Source: Macrostomum lignano (lineage: Eukaryota). From it: a DNA stretch of 64,000 nt. Within the stretch, counting starts at the first letter, position 1, and each line of letters starts with the position of its first letter. The position numbers and the translations under genes were made by a program. The stretch is taken from positions 8,500 through 72,499 of the forward strand of contig NIVC01003059.1 of NCBI GenBank assembly GCA_002269645.1. Reading direction: 5' to 3'. Positions 48,186-62,889 of this stretch are shown here, one piece after another. Below the pieces are notes generated by a model. The model made no database searches, was not told the DNA's origin, and saw only the letters and a list, made by a program, of their open reading frames with translations.

Positions 48186-48761
48186 TTTTTGCCTCTTTAA
48201 CTGCATGCCGCGCGCTCATCAACTAACTCCAGCTGCTGCATGCATTAATACTTAGGCCCAGGCCCACTAATCCGCCCGCGCCCGCCAACTGGATTGGATG
48301 CTGCTTGAATTTTTACCATACGGGCATACGGCATAGGTGTCTGCTGATTCCTTCCTTTCGAGTTCCACTCCACTCTATCAAGTCAAGGGATTCGATTCGC
48401 GTTTCATATTTTGTATGCGCACTTTGCATTTGCACGCGGTAACGCTAATGCACTTATGCACTGTGTATTAATAGTTTTACGAGTATCTCCATTTCTCACA
48501 TGGGAATTTTACTTGATTTATAGCCATCAATCAATCAACTAGGAGGCGCGTTTGTGTGCACACTTTCTAAACATGTCGGCTAAAAGAAAGAAAGAAACTT
48601 TTTCGCGCAGCTCTTTTCAAGCTCTAGTGCAAAATAATGCTGCACTAGTCGGCAAAACTTACTTGGAGTAGATAAAGTTCAACAAAATAATTTGCCCTAG
48701 GGCTCGAGGCTCAAACGGAGAGCTGTGCACTCAGTGAGAGCCGGTTCCAGCTCGTCTCTTT

Positions 48762-48872
48762 GCCGTATCGACGGTCTCTTACTGCGAAGACTCTTAATTT
48801 TGCATGGTAAGACACCGCGTGGATCCAATTGAGCGATCTACTCAATTTTTGACAAGCCGCGCTACCGCGGCT
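48762..48872 (+). ncRNA. SL RNA copy 23
   Basis: As copy 4. Confidence 0.9.
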
Positions 48873-49713
48873 GCCTAACAAAGCTAAAGACAACATCAAT
48901 TAATTATAGTTGGTTGATTGTAATTCTGGATTTAGCGTGTCCTACTAATTATTTTAAACTAAATATTCTATTTACCCGCAAGTTGTAAATTAGTTGTTGC
49001 ACCATTATAGCATAGCATGATATAGCGCGCATATGCATCGCGGTGTACAGAGGCTATACTAGGCTATACTAGATCTCTTCGAGTTGCAATAATCAAATGT
49101 AATTTCTTAGATCGCTCTATGCGTGCGGATGTGCATATGTACATGTACAACTTTGTTGATGGCGCCAACAATGAATTATACTCAGCAACATTGAAAAGTC
49201 GCCATCACAGAAGATTCCGTCTGTGGTCGCCACTTTTGAGAGAGTGCAGGTAAAGTCTCTCTCAATATTTGCGAGCGACGCAACTCAGCTACGCCACGGC
49301 AGACTTGAGTTGAGGAATGGAGTGGGGGAGCGGTGTGCGAGGTTTGGACGGATCAAAGCTACCCCGATCAGTTTTTCTGGCATCTTTTATTTCAGAATAG
49401 TCCAAGACAAATTGATCACTGGCGCATAGAGTGGCGACTTTTCAATGTTGCTGAGTATACAGAGTCAAGCTGGACTGTACGCGTTACTGTTTGCGTTGAG
49501 CTAGTTAGGTTGACTTTGACTTGACTGCAAATCACCACTATAGTTCACTATATACTACGAGCGCGGTAAATCCGTCCGCATTACTAATTATATATTACAA
49601 TAATTAGAGTATAGACGAGAGGCGGCCCACACAATTGATCCGTACCGTATGGTCCGTATATACATGTAGCTGCAGGTTCAGGTTAATTATGAGCTCAGCT
49701 CCTATCAGCCAGT

Positions 49714-49832
49714 GGCAACGGCCATACCACGTTGAAAACACCGGTTCTCGTCTGATCACCGAAGTTAAGCAACGTTGGGTTTGGTTAGTACTTGGATGGG
49801 TGACCGCCTGGGAATACCAAATGCTGTTGTCT
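49714..49832 (+). rRNA. 5S rRNA: 5S rRNA copy 24
   Basis: As copy 12. Confidence 0.97.
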
Positions 49833-50408
49833 TTTTTGCCTCTTTAACTGCATGCCGCGCGCTCATCAACTAACTCCAGCTGCTGCATGCATTAATACTT
49901 AGGCCCAGGCCCACTAATCCGCCCGCGCCCGCCAACTGGATTGGATGCTGCTTGAATTTTTACCATACGGGCATACGGCATAGGTGTCTGCTGATTCCTT
50001 CCTTTCGAGTTCCACTCCACTCTATCAAGTCAAGGGATTCGATTCGCGTTTCATATTTTGTATGCGCACTTTGCATTTGCACGCGGTAACGCTAATGCAC
50101 TTATGCACTGTGTATTAATAGTTTTACGAGTATCTCCATTTCTCACATGGGAATTTTACTTGATTTATAGCCATCAATCAATCAACTAGGAGGCGCGTTT
50201 GTGTGCACACTTTCTAAACATGTCGGCTAAAAGAAAGAAAGAAACTTTTTCGCGCAGCTCTTTTCAAGCTCTAGTGCAAAATAATGCTGCACTAGTCGGC
50301 AAAACTTACTTGGAGTAGATAAAGTTCAACAAAATAATTTGCCCTAGGGCTCGAGGCTCAAACGGAGAGCTGTGCACTCAGTGAGAGCCGGTTCCAGCTC
50401 GTCTCTTT

Positions 50409-50519
50409 GCCGTATCGACGGTCTCTTACTGCGAAGACTCTTAATTTTGCATGGTAAGACACCGCGTGGATCCAATTGAGCGATCTACTCAATTTTTGAC
50501 AAGCCGCGCTACCGCGGCT
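50409..50519 (+). ncRNA. SL RNA copy 24
   Basis: As copy 4. Confidence 0.9.
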
Positions 50520-51360
50520 GCCTAACAAAGCTAAAGACAACATCAATTAATTATAGTTGGTTGATTGTAATTCTGGATTTAGCGTGTCCTACTAATTATT
50601 TTAAACTAAATATTCTATTTACCCGCAAGTTGTAAATTAGTTGTTGCACCATTATAGCATAGCATGATATAGCGCGCATATGCATCGCGGTGTACAGAGG
50701 CTATACTAGGCTATACTAGATCTCTTCGAGTTGCAATAATCAAATGTAATTTCTTAGATCGCTCTATGCGTGCGGATGTGCATATGTACATGTACAACTT
50801 TGTTGATGGCGCCAACAATGAATTATACTCAGCAACATTGAAAAGTCGCCATCACAGAAGATTCCGTCTGTGGTCGCCACTTTTGAGAGAGTGCAGGTAA
50901 AGTCTCTCTCAATATTTGCGAGCGACGCAACTCAGCTACGCCACGGCAGACTTGAGTTGAGGAATGGAGTGGGGGAGCGGTGTGCGAGGTTTGGACGGAT
51001 CAAAGCTACCCCGATCAGTTTTTCTGGCATCTTTTATTTCAGAATAGTCCAAGACAAATTGATCACTGGCGCATAGAGTGGCGACTTTTCAATGTTGCTG
51101 AGTATACAGAGTCAAGCTGGACTGTACGCGTTACTGTTTGCGTTGAGCTAGTTAGGTTGACTTTGACTTGACTGCAAATCACCACTATAGTTCACTATAT
51201 ACTACGAGCGCGGTAAATCCGTCCGCATTACTAATTATATATTACAATAATTAGAGTATAGACGAGAGGCGGCCCACACAATTGATCCGTACCGTATGGT
51301 CCGTATATACATGTAGCTGCAGGTTCAGGTTAATTATGAGCTCAGCTCCTATCAGCCAGT

Positions 51361-51479
51361 GGCAACGGCCATACCACGTTGAAAACACCGGTTCTCGTCT
51401 GATCACCGAAGTTAAGCAACGTTGGGTTTGGTTAGTACTTGGATGGGTGACCGCCTGGGAATACCAAATGCTGTTGTCT
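51361..51479 (+). rRNA. 5S rRNA: 5S rRNA copy 25
   Basis: As copy 12. Confidence 0.97.
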
Positions 51480-52055
51480 TTTTTGCCTCTTTAACTGCAT
51501 GCCGCGCGCTCATCAACTAACTCCAGCTGCTGCATGCATTAATACTTAGGCCCAGGCCCACTAATCCGCCCGCGCCCGCCAACTGGATTGGATGCTGCTT
51601 GAATTTTTACCATACGGGCATACGGCATAGGTGTCTGCTGATTCCTTCCTTTCGAGTTCCACTCCACTCTATCAAGTCAAGGGATTCGATTCGCGTTTCA
51701 TATTTTGTATGCGCACTTTGCATTTGCACGCGGTAACGCTAATGCACTTATGCACTGTGTATTAATAGTTTTACGAGTATCTCCATTTCTCACATGGGAA
51801 TTTTACTTGATTTATAGCCATCAATCAATCAACTAGGAGGCGCGTTTGTGTGCACACTTTCTAAACATGTCGGCTAAAAGAAAGAAAGAAACTTTTTCGC
51901 GCAGCTCTTTTCAAGCTCTAGTGCAAAATAATGCTGCACTAGTCGGCAAAACTTACTTGGAGTAGATAAAGTTCAACAAAATAATTTGCCCTAGGGCTCG
52001 AGGCTCAAACGGAGAGCTGTGCACTCAGTGAGAGCCGGTTCCAGCTCGTCTCTTT

Positions 52056-52166
52056 GCCGTATCGACGGTCTCTTACTGCGAAGACTCTTAATTTTGCATG
52101 GTAAGACACCGCGTGGATCCAATTGAGCGATCTACTCAATTTTTGACAAGCCGCGCTACCGCGGCT
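52056..52166 (+). ncRNA. SL RNA copy 25
   Basis: As copy 4. Confidence 0.9.
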
Positions 52167-53007
52167 GCCTAACAAAGCTAAAGACAACATCAATTAATTA
52201 TAGTTGGTTGATTGTAATTCTGGATTTAGCGTGTCCTACTAATTATTTTAAACTAAATATTCTATTTACCCGCAAGTTGTAAATTAGTTGTTGCACCATT
52301 ATAGCATAGCATGATATAGCGCGCATATGCATCGCGGTGTACAGAGGCTATACTAGGCTATACTAGATCTCTTCGAGTTGCAATAATCAAATGTAATTTC
52401 TTAGATCGCTCTATGCGTGCGGATGTGCATATGTACATGTACAACTTTGTTGATGGCGCCAACAATGAATTATACTCAGCAACATTGAAAAGTCGCCATC
52501 ACAGAAGATTCCGTCTGTGGTCGCCACTTTTGAGAGAGTGCAGGTAAAGTCTCTCTCAATATTTGCGAGCGACGCAACTCAGCTACGCCACGGCAGACTT
52601 GAGTTGAGGAATGGAGTGGGGGAGCGGTGTGCGAGGTTTGGACGGATCAAAGCTACCCCGATCAGTTTTTCTGGCATCTTTTATTTCAGAATAGTCCAAG
52701 ACAAATTGATCACTGGCGCATAGAGTGGCGACTTTTCAATGTTGCTGAGTATACAGAGTCAAGCTGGACTGTACGCGTTACTGTTTGCGTTGAGCTAGTT
52801 AGGTTGACTTTGACTTGACTGCAAATCACCACTATAGTTCACTATATACTACGAGCGCGGTAAATCCGTCCGCATTACTAATTATATATTACAATAATTA
52901 GAGTATAGACGAGAGGCGGCCCACACAATTGATCCGTACCGTATGGTCCGTATATACATGTAGCTGCAGGTTCAGGTTAATTATGAGCTCAGCTCCTATC
53001 AGCCAGT

Positions 53008-53126
53008 GGCAACGGCCATACCACGTTGAAAACACCGGTTCTCGTCTGATCACCGAAGTTAAGCAACGTTGGGTTTGGTTAGTACTTGGATGGGTGACCG
53101 CCTGGGAATACCAAATGCTGTTGTCT
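53008..53126 (+). rRNA. 5S rRNA: 5S rRNA copy 26
   Basis: As copy 12. Confidence 0.97.
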
Positions 53127-53702
53127 TTTTTGCCTCTTTAACTGCATGCCGCGCGCTCATCAACTAACTCCAGCTGCTGCATGCATTAATACTTAGGCCC
53201 AGGCCCACTAATCCGCCCGCGCCCGCCAACTGGATTGGATGCTGCTTGAATTTTTACCATACGGGCATACGGCATAGGTGTCTGCTGATTCCTTCCTTTC
53301 GAGTTCCACTCCACTCTATCAAGTCAAGGGATTCGATTCGCGTTTCATATTTTGTATGCGCACTTTGCATTTGCACGCGGTAACGCTAATGCACTTATGC
53401 ACTGTGTATTAATAGTTTTACGAGTATCTCCATTTCTCACATGGGAATTTTACTTGATTTATAGCCATCAATCAATCAACTAGGAGGCGCGTTTGTGTGC
53501 ACACTTTCTAAACATGTCGGCTAAAAGAAAGAAAGAAACTTTTTCGCGCAGCTCTTTTCAAGCTCTAGTGCAAAATAATGCTGCACTAGTCGGCAAAACT
53601 TACTTGGAGTAGATAAAGTTCAACAAAATAATTTGCCCTAGGGCTCGAGGCTCAAACGGAGAGCTGTGCACTCAGTGAGAGCCGGTTCCAGCTCGTCTCT
53701 TT

Positions 53703-53813
53703 GCCGTATCGACGGTCTCTTACTGCGAAGACTCTTAATTTTGCATGGTAAGACACCGCGTGGATCCAATTGAGCGATCTACTCAATTTTTGACAAGCCG
53801 CGCTACCGCGGCT
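53703..53813 (+). ncRNA. SL RNA copy 26
   Basis: As copy 4. Confidence 0.9.
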
Positions 53814-54654
53814 GCCTAACAAAGCTAAAGACAACATCAATTAATTATAGTTGGTTGATTGTAATTCTGGATTTAGCGTGTCCTACTAATTATTTTAAAC
53901 TAAATATTCTATTTACCCGCAAGTTGTAAATTAGTTGTTGCACCATTATAGCATAGCATGATATAGCGCGCATATGCATCGCGGTGTACAGAGGCTATAC
54001 TAGGCTATACTAGATCTCTTCGAGTTGCAATAATCAAATGTAATTTCTTAGATCGCTCTATGCGTGCGGATGTGCATATGTACATGTACAACTTTGTTGA
54101 TGGCGCCAACAATGAATTATACTCAGCAACATTGAAAAGTCGCCATCACAGAAGATTCCGTCTGTGGTCGCCACTTTTGAGAGAGTGCAGGTAAAGTCTC
54201 TCTCAATATTTGCGAGCGACGCAACTCAGCTACGCCACGGCAGACTTGAGTTGAGGAATGGAGTGGGGGAGCGGTGTGCGAGGTTTGGACGGATCAAAGC
54301 TACCCCGATCAGTTTTTCTGGCATCTTTTATTTCAGAATAGTCCAAGACAAATTGATCACTGGCGCATAGAGTGGCGACTTTTCAATGTTGCTGAGTATA
54401 CAGAGTCAAGCTGGACTGTACGCGTTACTGTTTGCGTTGAGCTAGTTAGGTTGACTTTGACTTGACTGCAAATCACCACTATAGTTCACTATATACTACG
54501 AGCGCGGTAAATCCGTCCGCATTACTAATTATATATTACAATAATTAGAGTATAGACGAGAGGCGGCCCACACAATTGATCCGTACCGTATGGTCCGTAT
54601 ATACATGTAGCTGCAGGTTCAGGTTAATTATGAGCTCAGCTCCTATCAGCCAGT

Positions 54655-54773
54655 GGCAACGGCCATACCACGTTGAAAACACCGGTTCTCGTCTGATCAC
54701 CGAAGTTAAGCAACGTTGGGTTTGGTTAGTACTTGGATGGGTGACCGCCTGGGAATACCAAATGCTGTTGTCT
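54655..54773 (+). rRNA. 5S rRNA: 5S rRNA copy 27
   Basis: As copy 12. Confidence 0.97.
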
Positions 54774-55349
54774 TTTTTGCCTCTTTAACTGCATGCCGCG
54801 CGCTCATCAACTAACTCCAGCTGCTGCATGCATTAATACTTAGGCCCAGGCCCACTAATCCGCCCGCGCCCGCCAACTGGATTGGATGCTGCTTGAATTT
54901 TTACCATACGGGCATACGGCATAGGTGTCTGCTGATTCCTTCCTTTCGAGTTCCACTCCACTCTATCAAGTCAAGGGATTCGATTCGCGTTTCATATTTT
55001 GTATGCGCACTTTGCATTTGCACGCGGTAACGCTAATGCACTTATGCACTGTGTATTAATAGTTTTACGAGTATCTCCATTTCTCACATGGGAATTTTAC
55101 TTGATTTATAGCCATCAATCAATCAACTAGGAGGCGCGTTTGTGTGCACACTTTCTAAACATGTCGGCTAAAAGAAAGAAAGAAACTTTTTCGCGCAGCT
55201 CTTTTCAAGCTCTAGTGCAAAATAATGCTGCACTAGTCGGCAAAACTTACTTGGAGTAGATAAAGTTCAACAAAATAATTTGCCCTAGGGCTCGAGGCTC
55301 AAACGGAGAGCTGTGCACTCAGTGAGAGCCGGTTCCAGCTCGTCTCTTT

Positions 55350-55460
55350 GCCGTATCGACGGTCTCTTACTGCGAAGACTCTTAATTTTGCATGGTAAGA
55401 CACCGCGTGGATCCAATTGAGCGATCTACTCAATTTTTGACAAGCCGCGCTACCGCGGCT
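55350..55460 (+). ncRNA. SL RNA copy 27
   Basis: As copy 4. Confidence 0.9.
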
Positions 55461-56301
55461 GCCTAACAAAGCTAAAGACAACATCAATTAATTATAGTTG
55501 GTTGATTGTAATTCTGGATTTAGCGTGTCCTACTAATTATTTTAAACTAAATATTCTATTTACCCGCAAGTTGTAAATTAGTTGTTGCACCATTATAGCA
55601 TAGCATGATATAGCGCGCATATGCATCGCGGTGTACAGAGGCTATACTAGGCTATACTAGATCTCTTCGAGTTGCAATAATCAAATGTAATTTCTTAGAT
55701 CGCTCTATGCGTGCGGATGTGCATATGTACATGTACAACTTTGTTGATGGCGCCAACAATGAATTATACTCAGCAACATTGAAAAGTCGCCATCACAGAA
55801 GATTCCGTCTGTGGTCGCCACTTTTGAGAGAGTGCAGGTAAAGTCTCTCTCAATATTTGCGAGCGACGCAACTCAGCTACGCCACGGCAGACTTGAGTTG
55901 AGGAATGGAGTGGGGGAGCGGTGTGCGAGGTTTGGACGGATCAAAGCTACCCCGATCAGTTTTTCTGGCATCTTTTATTTCAGAATAGTCCAAGACAAAT
56001 TGATCACTGGCGCATAGAGTGGCGACTTTTCAATGTTGCTGAGTATACAGAGTCAAGCTGGACTGTACGCGTTACTGTTTGCGTTGAGCTAGTTAGGTTG
56101 ACTTTGACTTGACTGCAAATCACCACTATAGTTCACTATATACTACGAGCGCGGTAAATCCGTCCGCATTACTAATTATATATTACAATAATTAGAGTAT
56201 AGACGAGAGGCGGCCCACACAATTGATCCGTACCGTATGGTCCGTATATACATGTAGCTGCAGGTTCAGGTTAATTATGAGCTCAGCTCCTATCAGCCAG
56301 T

Positions 56302-56420
56302 GGCAACGGCCATACCACGTTGAAAACACCGGTTCTCGTCTGATCACCGAAGTTAAGCAACGTTGGGTTTGGTTAGTACTTGGATGGGTGACCGCCTGGG
56401 AATACCAAATGCTGTTGTCT
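56302..56420 (+). rRNA. 5S rRNA: 5S rRNA copy 28
   Basis: As copy 12. Confidence 0.97.
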
Positions 56421-56996
56421 TTTTTGCCTCTTTAACTGCATGCCGCGCGCTCATCAACTAACTCCAGCTGCTGCATGCATTAATACTTAGGCCCAGGCCC
56501 ACTAATCCGCCCGCGCCCGCCAACTGGATTGGATGCTGCTTGAATTTTTACCATACGGGCATACGGCATAGGTGTCTGCTGATTCCTTCCTTTCGAGTTC
56601 CACTCCACTCTATCAAGTCAAGGGATTCGATTCGCGTTTCATATTTTGTATGCGCACTTTGCATTTGCACGCGGTAACGCTAATGCACTTATGCACTGTG
56701 TATTAATAGTTTTACGAGTATCTCCATTTCTCACATGGGAATTTTACTTGATTTATAGCCATCAATCAATCAACTAGGAGGCGCGTTTGTGTGCACACTT
56801 TCTAAACATGTCGGCTAAAAGAAAGAAAGAAACTTTTTCGCGCAGCTCTTTTCAAGCTCTAGTGCAAAATAATGCTGCACTAGTCGGCAAAACTTACTTG
56901 GAGTAGATAAAGTTCAACAAAATAATTTGCCCTAGGGCTCGAGGCTCAAACGGAGAGCTGTGCACTCAGTGAGAGCCGGTTCCAGCTCGTCTCTTT

Positions 56997-57107
56997 GCCG
57001 TATCGACGGTCTCTTACTGCGAAGACTCTTAATTTTGCATGGTAAGACACCGCGTGGATCCAATTGAGCGATCTACTCAATTTTTGACAAGCCGCGCTAC
57101 CGCGGCT
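56997..57107 (+). ncRNA. SL RNA copy 28
   Basis: As copy 4. Confidence 0.9.
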
Positions 57108-57948
57108 GCCTAACAAAGCTAAAGACAACATCAATTAATTATAGTTGGTTGATTGTAATTCTGGATTTAGCGTGTCCTACTAATTATTTTAAACTAAATA
57201 TTCTATTTACCCGCAAGTTGTAAATTAGTTGTTGCACCATTATAGCATAGCATGATATAGCGCGCATATGCATCGCGGTGTACAGAGGCTATACTAGGCT
57301 ATACTAGATCTCTTCGAGTTGCAATAATCAAATGTAATTTCTTAGATCGCTCTATGCGTGCGGATGTGCATATGTACATGTACAACTTTGTTGATGGCGC
57401 CAACAATGAATTATACTCAGCAACATTGAAAAGTCGCCATCACAGAAGATTCCGTCTGTGGTCGCCACTTTTGAGAGAGTGCAGGTAAAGTCTCTCTCAA
57501 TATTTGCGAGCGACGCAACTCAGCTACGCCACGGCAGACTTGAGTTGAGGAATGGAGTGGGGGAGCGGTGTGCGAGGTTTGGACGGATCAAAGCTACCCC
57601 GATCAGTTTTTCTGGCATCTTTTATTTCAGAATAGTCCAAGACAAATTGATCACTGGCGCATAGAGTGGCGACTTTTCAATGTTGCTGAGTATACAGAGT
57701 CAAGCTGGACTGTACGCGTTACTGTTTGCGTTGAGCTAGTTAGGTTGACTTTGACTTGACTGCAAATCACCACTATAGTTCACTATATACTACGAGCGCG
57801 GTAAATCCGTCCGCATTACTAATTATATATTACAATAATTAGAGTATAGACGAGAGGCGGCCCACACAATTGATCCGTACCGTATGGTCCGTATATACAT
57901 GTAGCTGCAGGTTCAGGTTAATTATGAGCTCAGCTCCTATCAGCCAGT

Positions 57949-58067
57949 GGCAACGGCCATACCACGTTGAAAACACCGGTTCTCGTCTGATCACCGAAGT
58001 TAAGCAACGTTGGGTTTGGTTAGTACTTGGATGGGTGACCGCCTGGGAATACCAAATGCTGTTGTCT
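57949..58067 (+). rRNA. 5S rRNA: 5S rRNA copy 29
   Basis: As copy 12. Confidence 0.97.
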
Positions 58068-58643
58068 TTTTTGCCTCTTTAACTGCATGCCGCGCGCTCA
58101 TCAACTAACTCCAGCTGCTGCATGCATTAATACTTAGGCCCAGGCCCACTAATCCGCCCGCGCCCGCCAACTGGATTGGATGCTGCTTGAATTTTTACCA
58201 TACGGGCATACGGCATAGGTGTCTGCTGATTCCTTCCTTTCGAGTTCCACTCCACTCTATCAAGTCAAGGGATTCGATTCGCGTTTCATATTTTGTATGC
58301 GCACTTTGCATTTGCACGCGGTAACGCTAATGCACTTATGCACTGTGTATTAATAGTTTTACGAGTATCTCCATTTCTCACATGGGAATTTTACTTGATT
58401 TATAGCCATCAATCAATCAACTAGGAGGCGCGTTTGTGTGCACACTTTCTAAACATGTCGGCTAAAAGAAAGAAAGAAACTTTTTCGCGCAGCTCTTTTC
58501 AAGCTCTAGTGCAAAATAATGCTGCACTAGTCGGCAAAACTTACTTGGAGTAGATAAAGTTCAACAAAATAATTTGCCCTAGGGCTCGAGGCTCAAACGG
58601 AGAGCTGTGCACTCAGTGAGAGCCGGTTCCAGCTCGTCTCTTT

Positions 58644-58754
58644 GCCGTATCGACGGTCTCTTACTGCGAAGACTCTTAATTTTGCATGGTAAGACACCGC
58701 GTGGATCCAATTGAGCGATCTACTCAATTTTTGACAAGCCGCGCTACCGCGGCT
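58644..58754 (+). ncRNA. SL RNA copy 29
   Basis: As copy 4. Confidence 0.9.
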
Positions 58755-59595
58755 GCCTAACAAAGCTAAAGACAACATCAATTAATTATAGTTGGTTGAT
58801 TGTAATTCTGGATTTAGCGTGTCCTACTAATTATTTTAAACTAAATATTCTATTTACCCGCAAGTTGTAAATTAGTTGTTGCACCATTATAGCATAGCAT
58901 GATATAGCGCGCATATGCATCGCGGTGTACAGAGGCTATACTAGGCTATACTAGATCTCTTCGAGTTGCAATAATCAAATGTAATTTCTTAGATCGCTCT
59001 ATGCGTGCGGATGTGCATATGTACATGTACAACTTTGTTGATGGCGCCAACAATGAATTATACTCAGCAACATTGAAAAGTCGCCATCACAGAAGATTCC
59101 GTCTGTGGTCGCCACTTTTGAGAGAGTGCAGGTAAAGTCTCTCTCAATATTTGCGAGCGACGCAACTCAGCTACGCCACGGCAGACTTGAGTTGAGGAAT
59201 GGAGTGGGGGAGCGGTGTGCGAGGTTTGGACGGATCAAAGCTACCCCGATCAGTTTTTCTGGCATCTTTTATTTCAGAATAGTCCAAGACAAATTGATCA
59301 CTGGCGCATAGAGTGGCGACTTTTCAATGTTGCTGAGTATACAGAGTCAAGCTGGACTGTACGCGTTACTGTTTGCGTTGAGCTAGTTAGGTTGACTTTG
59401 ACTTGACTGCAAATCACCACTATAGTTCACTATATACTACGAGCGCGGTAAATCCGTCCGCATTACTAATTATATATTACAATAATTAGAGTATAGACGA
59501 GAGGCGGCCCACACAATTGATCCGTACCGTATGGTCCGTATATACATGTAGCTGCAGGTTCAGGTTAATTATGAGCTCAGCTCCTATCAGCCAGT

Positions 59596-59714
59596 GGCAA
59601 CGGCCATACCACGTTGAAAACACCGGTTCTCGTCTGATCACCGAAGTTAAGCAACGTTGGGTTTGGTTAGTACTTGGATGGGTGACCGCCTGGGAATACC
59701 AAATGCTGTTGTCT
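59596..59714 (+). rRNA. 5S rRNA: 5S rRNA copy 30
   Basis: As copy 12. Confidence 0.97.
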
Positions 59715-60290
59715 TTTTTGCCTCTTTAACTGCATGCCGCGCGCTCATCAACTAACTCCAGCTGCTGCATGCATTAATACTTAGGCCCAGGCCCACTAAT
59801 CCGCCCGCGCCCGCCAACTGGATTGGATGCTGCTTGAATTTTTACCATACGGGCATACGGCATAGGTGTCTGCTGATTCCTTCCTTTCGAGTTCCACTCC
59901 ACTCTATCAAGTCAAGGGATTCGATTCGCGTTTCATATTTTGTATGCGCACTTTGCATTTGCACGCGGTAACGCTAATGCACTTATGCACTGTGTATTAA
60001 TAGTTTTACGAGTATCTCCATTTCTCACATGGGAATTTTACTTGATTTATAGCCATCAATCAATCAACTAGGAGGCGCGTTTGTGTGCACACTTTCTAAA
60101 CATGTCGGCTAAAAGAAAGAAAGAAACTTTTTCGCGCAGCTCTTTTCAAGCTCTAGTGCAAAATAATGCTGCACTAGTCGGCAAAACTTACTTGGAGTAG
60201 ATAAAGTTCAACAAAATAATTTGCCCTAGGGCTCGAGGCTCAAACGGAGAGCTGTGCACTCAGTGAGAGCCGGTTCCAGCTCGTCTCTTT

Positions 60291-60401
60291 GCCGTATCGA
60301 CGGTCTCTTACTGCGAAGACTCTTAATTTTGCATGGTAAGACACCGCGTGGATCCAATTGAGCGATCTACTCAATTTTTGACAAGCCGCGCTACCGCGGC
60401 T
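60291..60401 (+). ncRNA. SL RNA copy 30
   Basis: As copy 4. Confidence 0.9.
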
Positions 60402-61242
60402 GCCTAACAAAGCTAAAGACAACATCAATTAATTATAGTTGGTTGATTGTAATTCTGGATTTAGCGTGTCCTACTAATTATTTTAAACTAAATATTCTAT
60501 TTACCCGCAAGTTGTAAATTAGTTGTTGCACCATTATAGCATAGCATGATATAGCGCGCATATGCATCGCGGTGTACAGAGGCTATACTAGGCTATACTA
60601 GATCTCTTCGAGTTGCAATAATCAAATGTAATTTCTTAGATCGCTCTATGCGTGCGGATGTGCATATGTACATGTACAACTTTGTTGATGGCGCCAACAA
60701 TGAATTATACTCAGCAACATTGAAAAGTCGCCATCACAGAAGATTCCGTCTGTGGTCGCCACTTTTGAGAGAGTGCAGGTAAAGTCTCTCTCAATATTTG
60801 CGAGCGACGCAACTCAGCTACGCCACGGCAGACTTGAGTTGAGGAATGGAGTGGGGGAGCGGTGTGCGAGGTTTGGACGGATCAAAGCTACCCCGATCAG
60901 TTTTTCTGGCATCTTTTATTTCAGAATAGTCCAAGACAAATTGATCACTGGCGCATAGAGTGGCGACTTTTCAATGTTGCTGAGTATACAGAGTCAAGCT
61001 GGACTGTACGCGTTACTGTTTGCGTTGAGCTAGTTAGGTTGACTTTGACTTGACTGCAAATCACCACTATAGTTCACTATATACTACGAGCGCGGTAAAT
61101 CCGTCCGCATTACTAATTATATATTACAATAATTAGAGTATAGACGAGAGGCGGCCCACACAATTGATCCGTACCGTATGGTCCGTATATACATGTAGCT
61201 GCAGGTTCAGGTTAATTATGAGCTCAGCTCCTATCAGCCAGT

Positions 61243-61361
61243 GGCAACGGCCATACCACGTTGAAAACACCGGTTCTCGTCTGATCACCGAAGTTAAGCA
61301 ACGTTGGGTTTGGTTAGTACTTGGATGGGTGACCGCCTGGGAATACCAAATGCTGTTGTCT
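61243..61361 (+). rRNA. 5S rRNA: 5S rRNA copy 31
   Basis: As copy 12. Confidence 0.97.
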
Positions 61362-61937
61362 TTTTTGCCTCTTTAACTGCATGCCGCGCGCTCATCAACT
61401 AACTCCAGCTGCTGCATGCATTAATACTTAGGCCCAGGCCCACTAATCCGCCCGCGCCCGCCAACTGGATTGGATGCTGCTTGAATTTTTACCATACGGG
61501 CATACGGCATAGGTGTCTGCTGATTCCTTCCTTTCGAGTTCCACTCCACTCTATCAAGTCAAGGGATTCGATTCGCGTTTCATATTTTGTATGCGCACTT
61601 TGCATTTGCACGCGGTAACGCTAATGCACTTATGCACTGTGTATTAATAGTTTTACGAGTATCTCCATTTCTCACATGGGAATTTTACTTGATTTATAGC
61701 CATCAATCAATCAACTAGGAGGCGCGTTTGTGTGCACACTTTCTAAACATGTCGGCTAAAAGAAAGAAAGAAACTTTTTCGCGCAGCTCTTTTCAAGCTC
61801 TAGTGCAAAATAATGCTGCACTAGTCGGCAAAACTTACTTGGAGTAGATAAAGTTCAACAAAATAATTTGCCCTAGGGCTCGAGGCTCAAACGGAGAGCT
61901 GTGCACTCAGTGAGAGCCGGTTCCAGCTCGTCTCTTT

Positions 61938-62048
61938 GCCGTATCGACGGTCTCTTACTGCGAAGACTCTTAATTTTGCATGGTAAGACACCGCGTGGAT
62001 CCAATTGAGCGATCTACTCAATTTTTGACAAGCCGCGCTACCGCGGCT
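61938..62048 (+). ncRNA. SL RNA copy 31
   Basis: As copy 4. Confidence 0.9.
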
Positions 62049-62889
62049 GCCTAACAAAGCTAAAGACAACATCAATTAATTATAGTTGGTTGATTGTAAT
62101 TCTGGATTTAGCGTGTCCTACTAATTATTTTAAACTAAATATTCTATTTACCCGCAAGTTGTAAATTAGTTGTTGCACCATTATAGCATAGCATGATATA
62201 GCGCGCATATGCATCGCGGTGTACAGAGGCTATACTAGGCTATACTAGATCTCTTCGAGTTGCAATAATCAAATGTAATTTCTTAGATCGCTCTATGCGT
62301 GCGGATGTGCATATGTACATGTACAACTTTGTTGATGGCGCCAACAATGAATTATACTCAGCAACATTGAAAAGTCGCCATCACAGAAGATTCCGTCTGT
62401 GGTCGCCACTTTTGAGAGAGTGCAGGTAAAGTCTCTCTCAATATTTGCGAGCGACGCAACTCAGCTACGCCACGGCAGACTTGAGTTGAGGAATGGAGTG
62501 GGGGAGCGGTGTGCGAGGTTTGGACGGATCAAAGCTACCCCGATCAGTTTTTCTGGCATCTTTTATTTCAGAATAGTCCAAGACAAATTGATCACTGGCG
62601 CATAGAGTGGCGACTTTTCAATGTTGCTGAGTATACAGAGTCAAGCTGGACTGTACGCGTTACTGTTTGCGTTGAGCTAGTTAGGTTGACTTTGACTTGA
62701 CTGCAAATCACCACTATAGTTCACTATATACTACGAGCGCGGTAAATCCGTCCGCATTACTAATTATATATTACAATAATTAGAGTATAGACGAGAGGCG
62801 GCCCACACAATTGATCCGTACCGTATGGTCCGTATATACATGTAGCTGCAGGTTCAGGTTAATTATGAGCTCAGCTCCTATCAGCCAGT

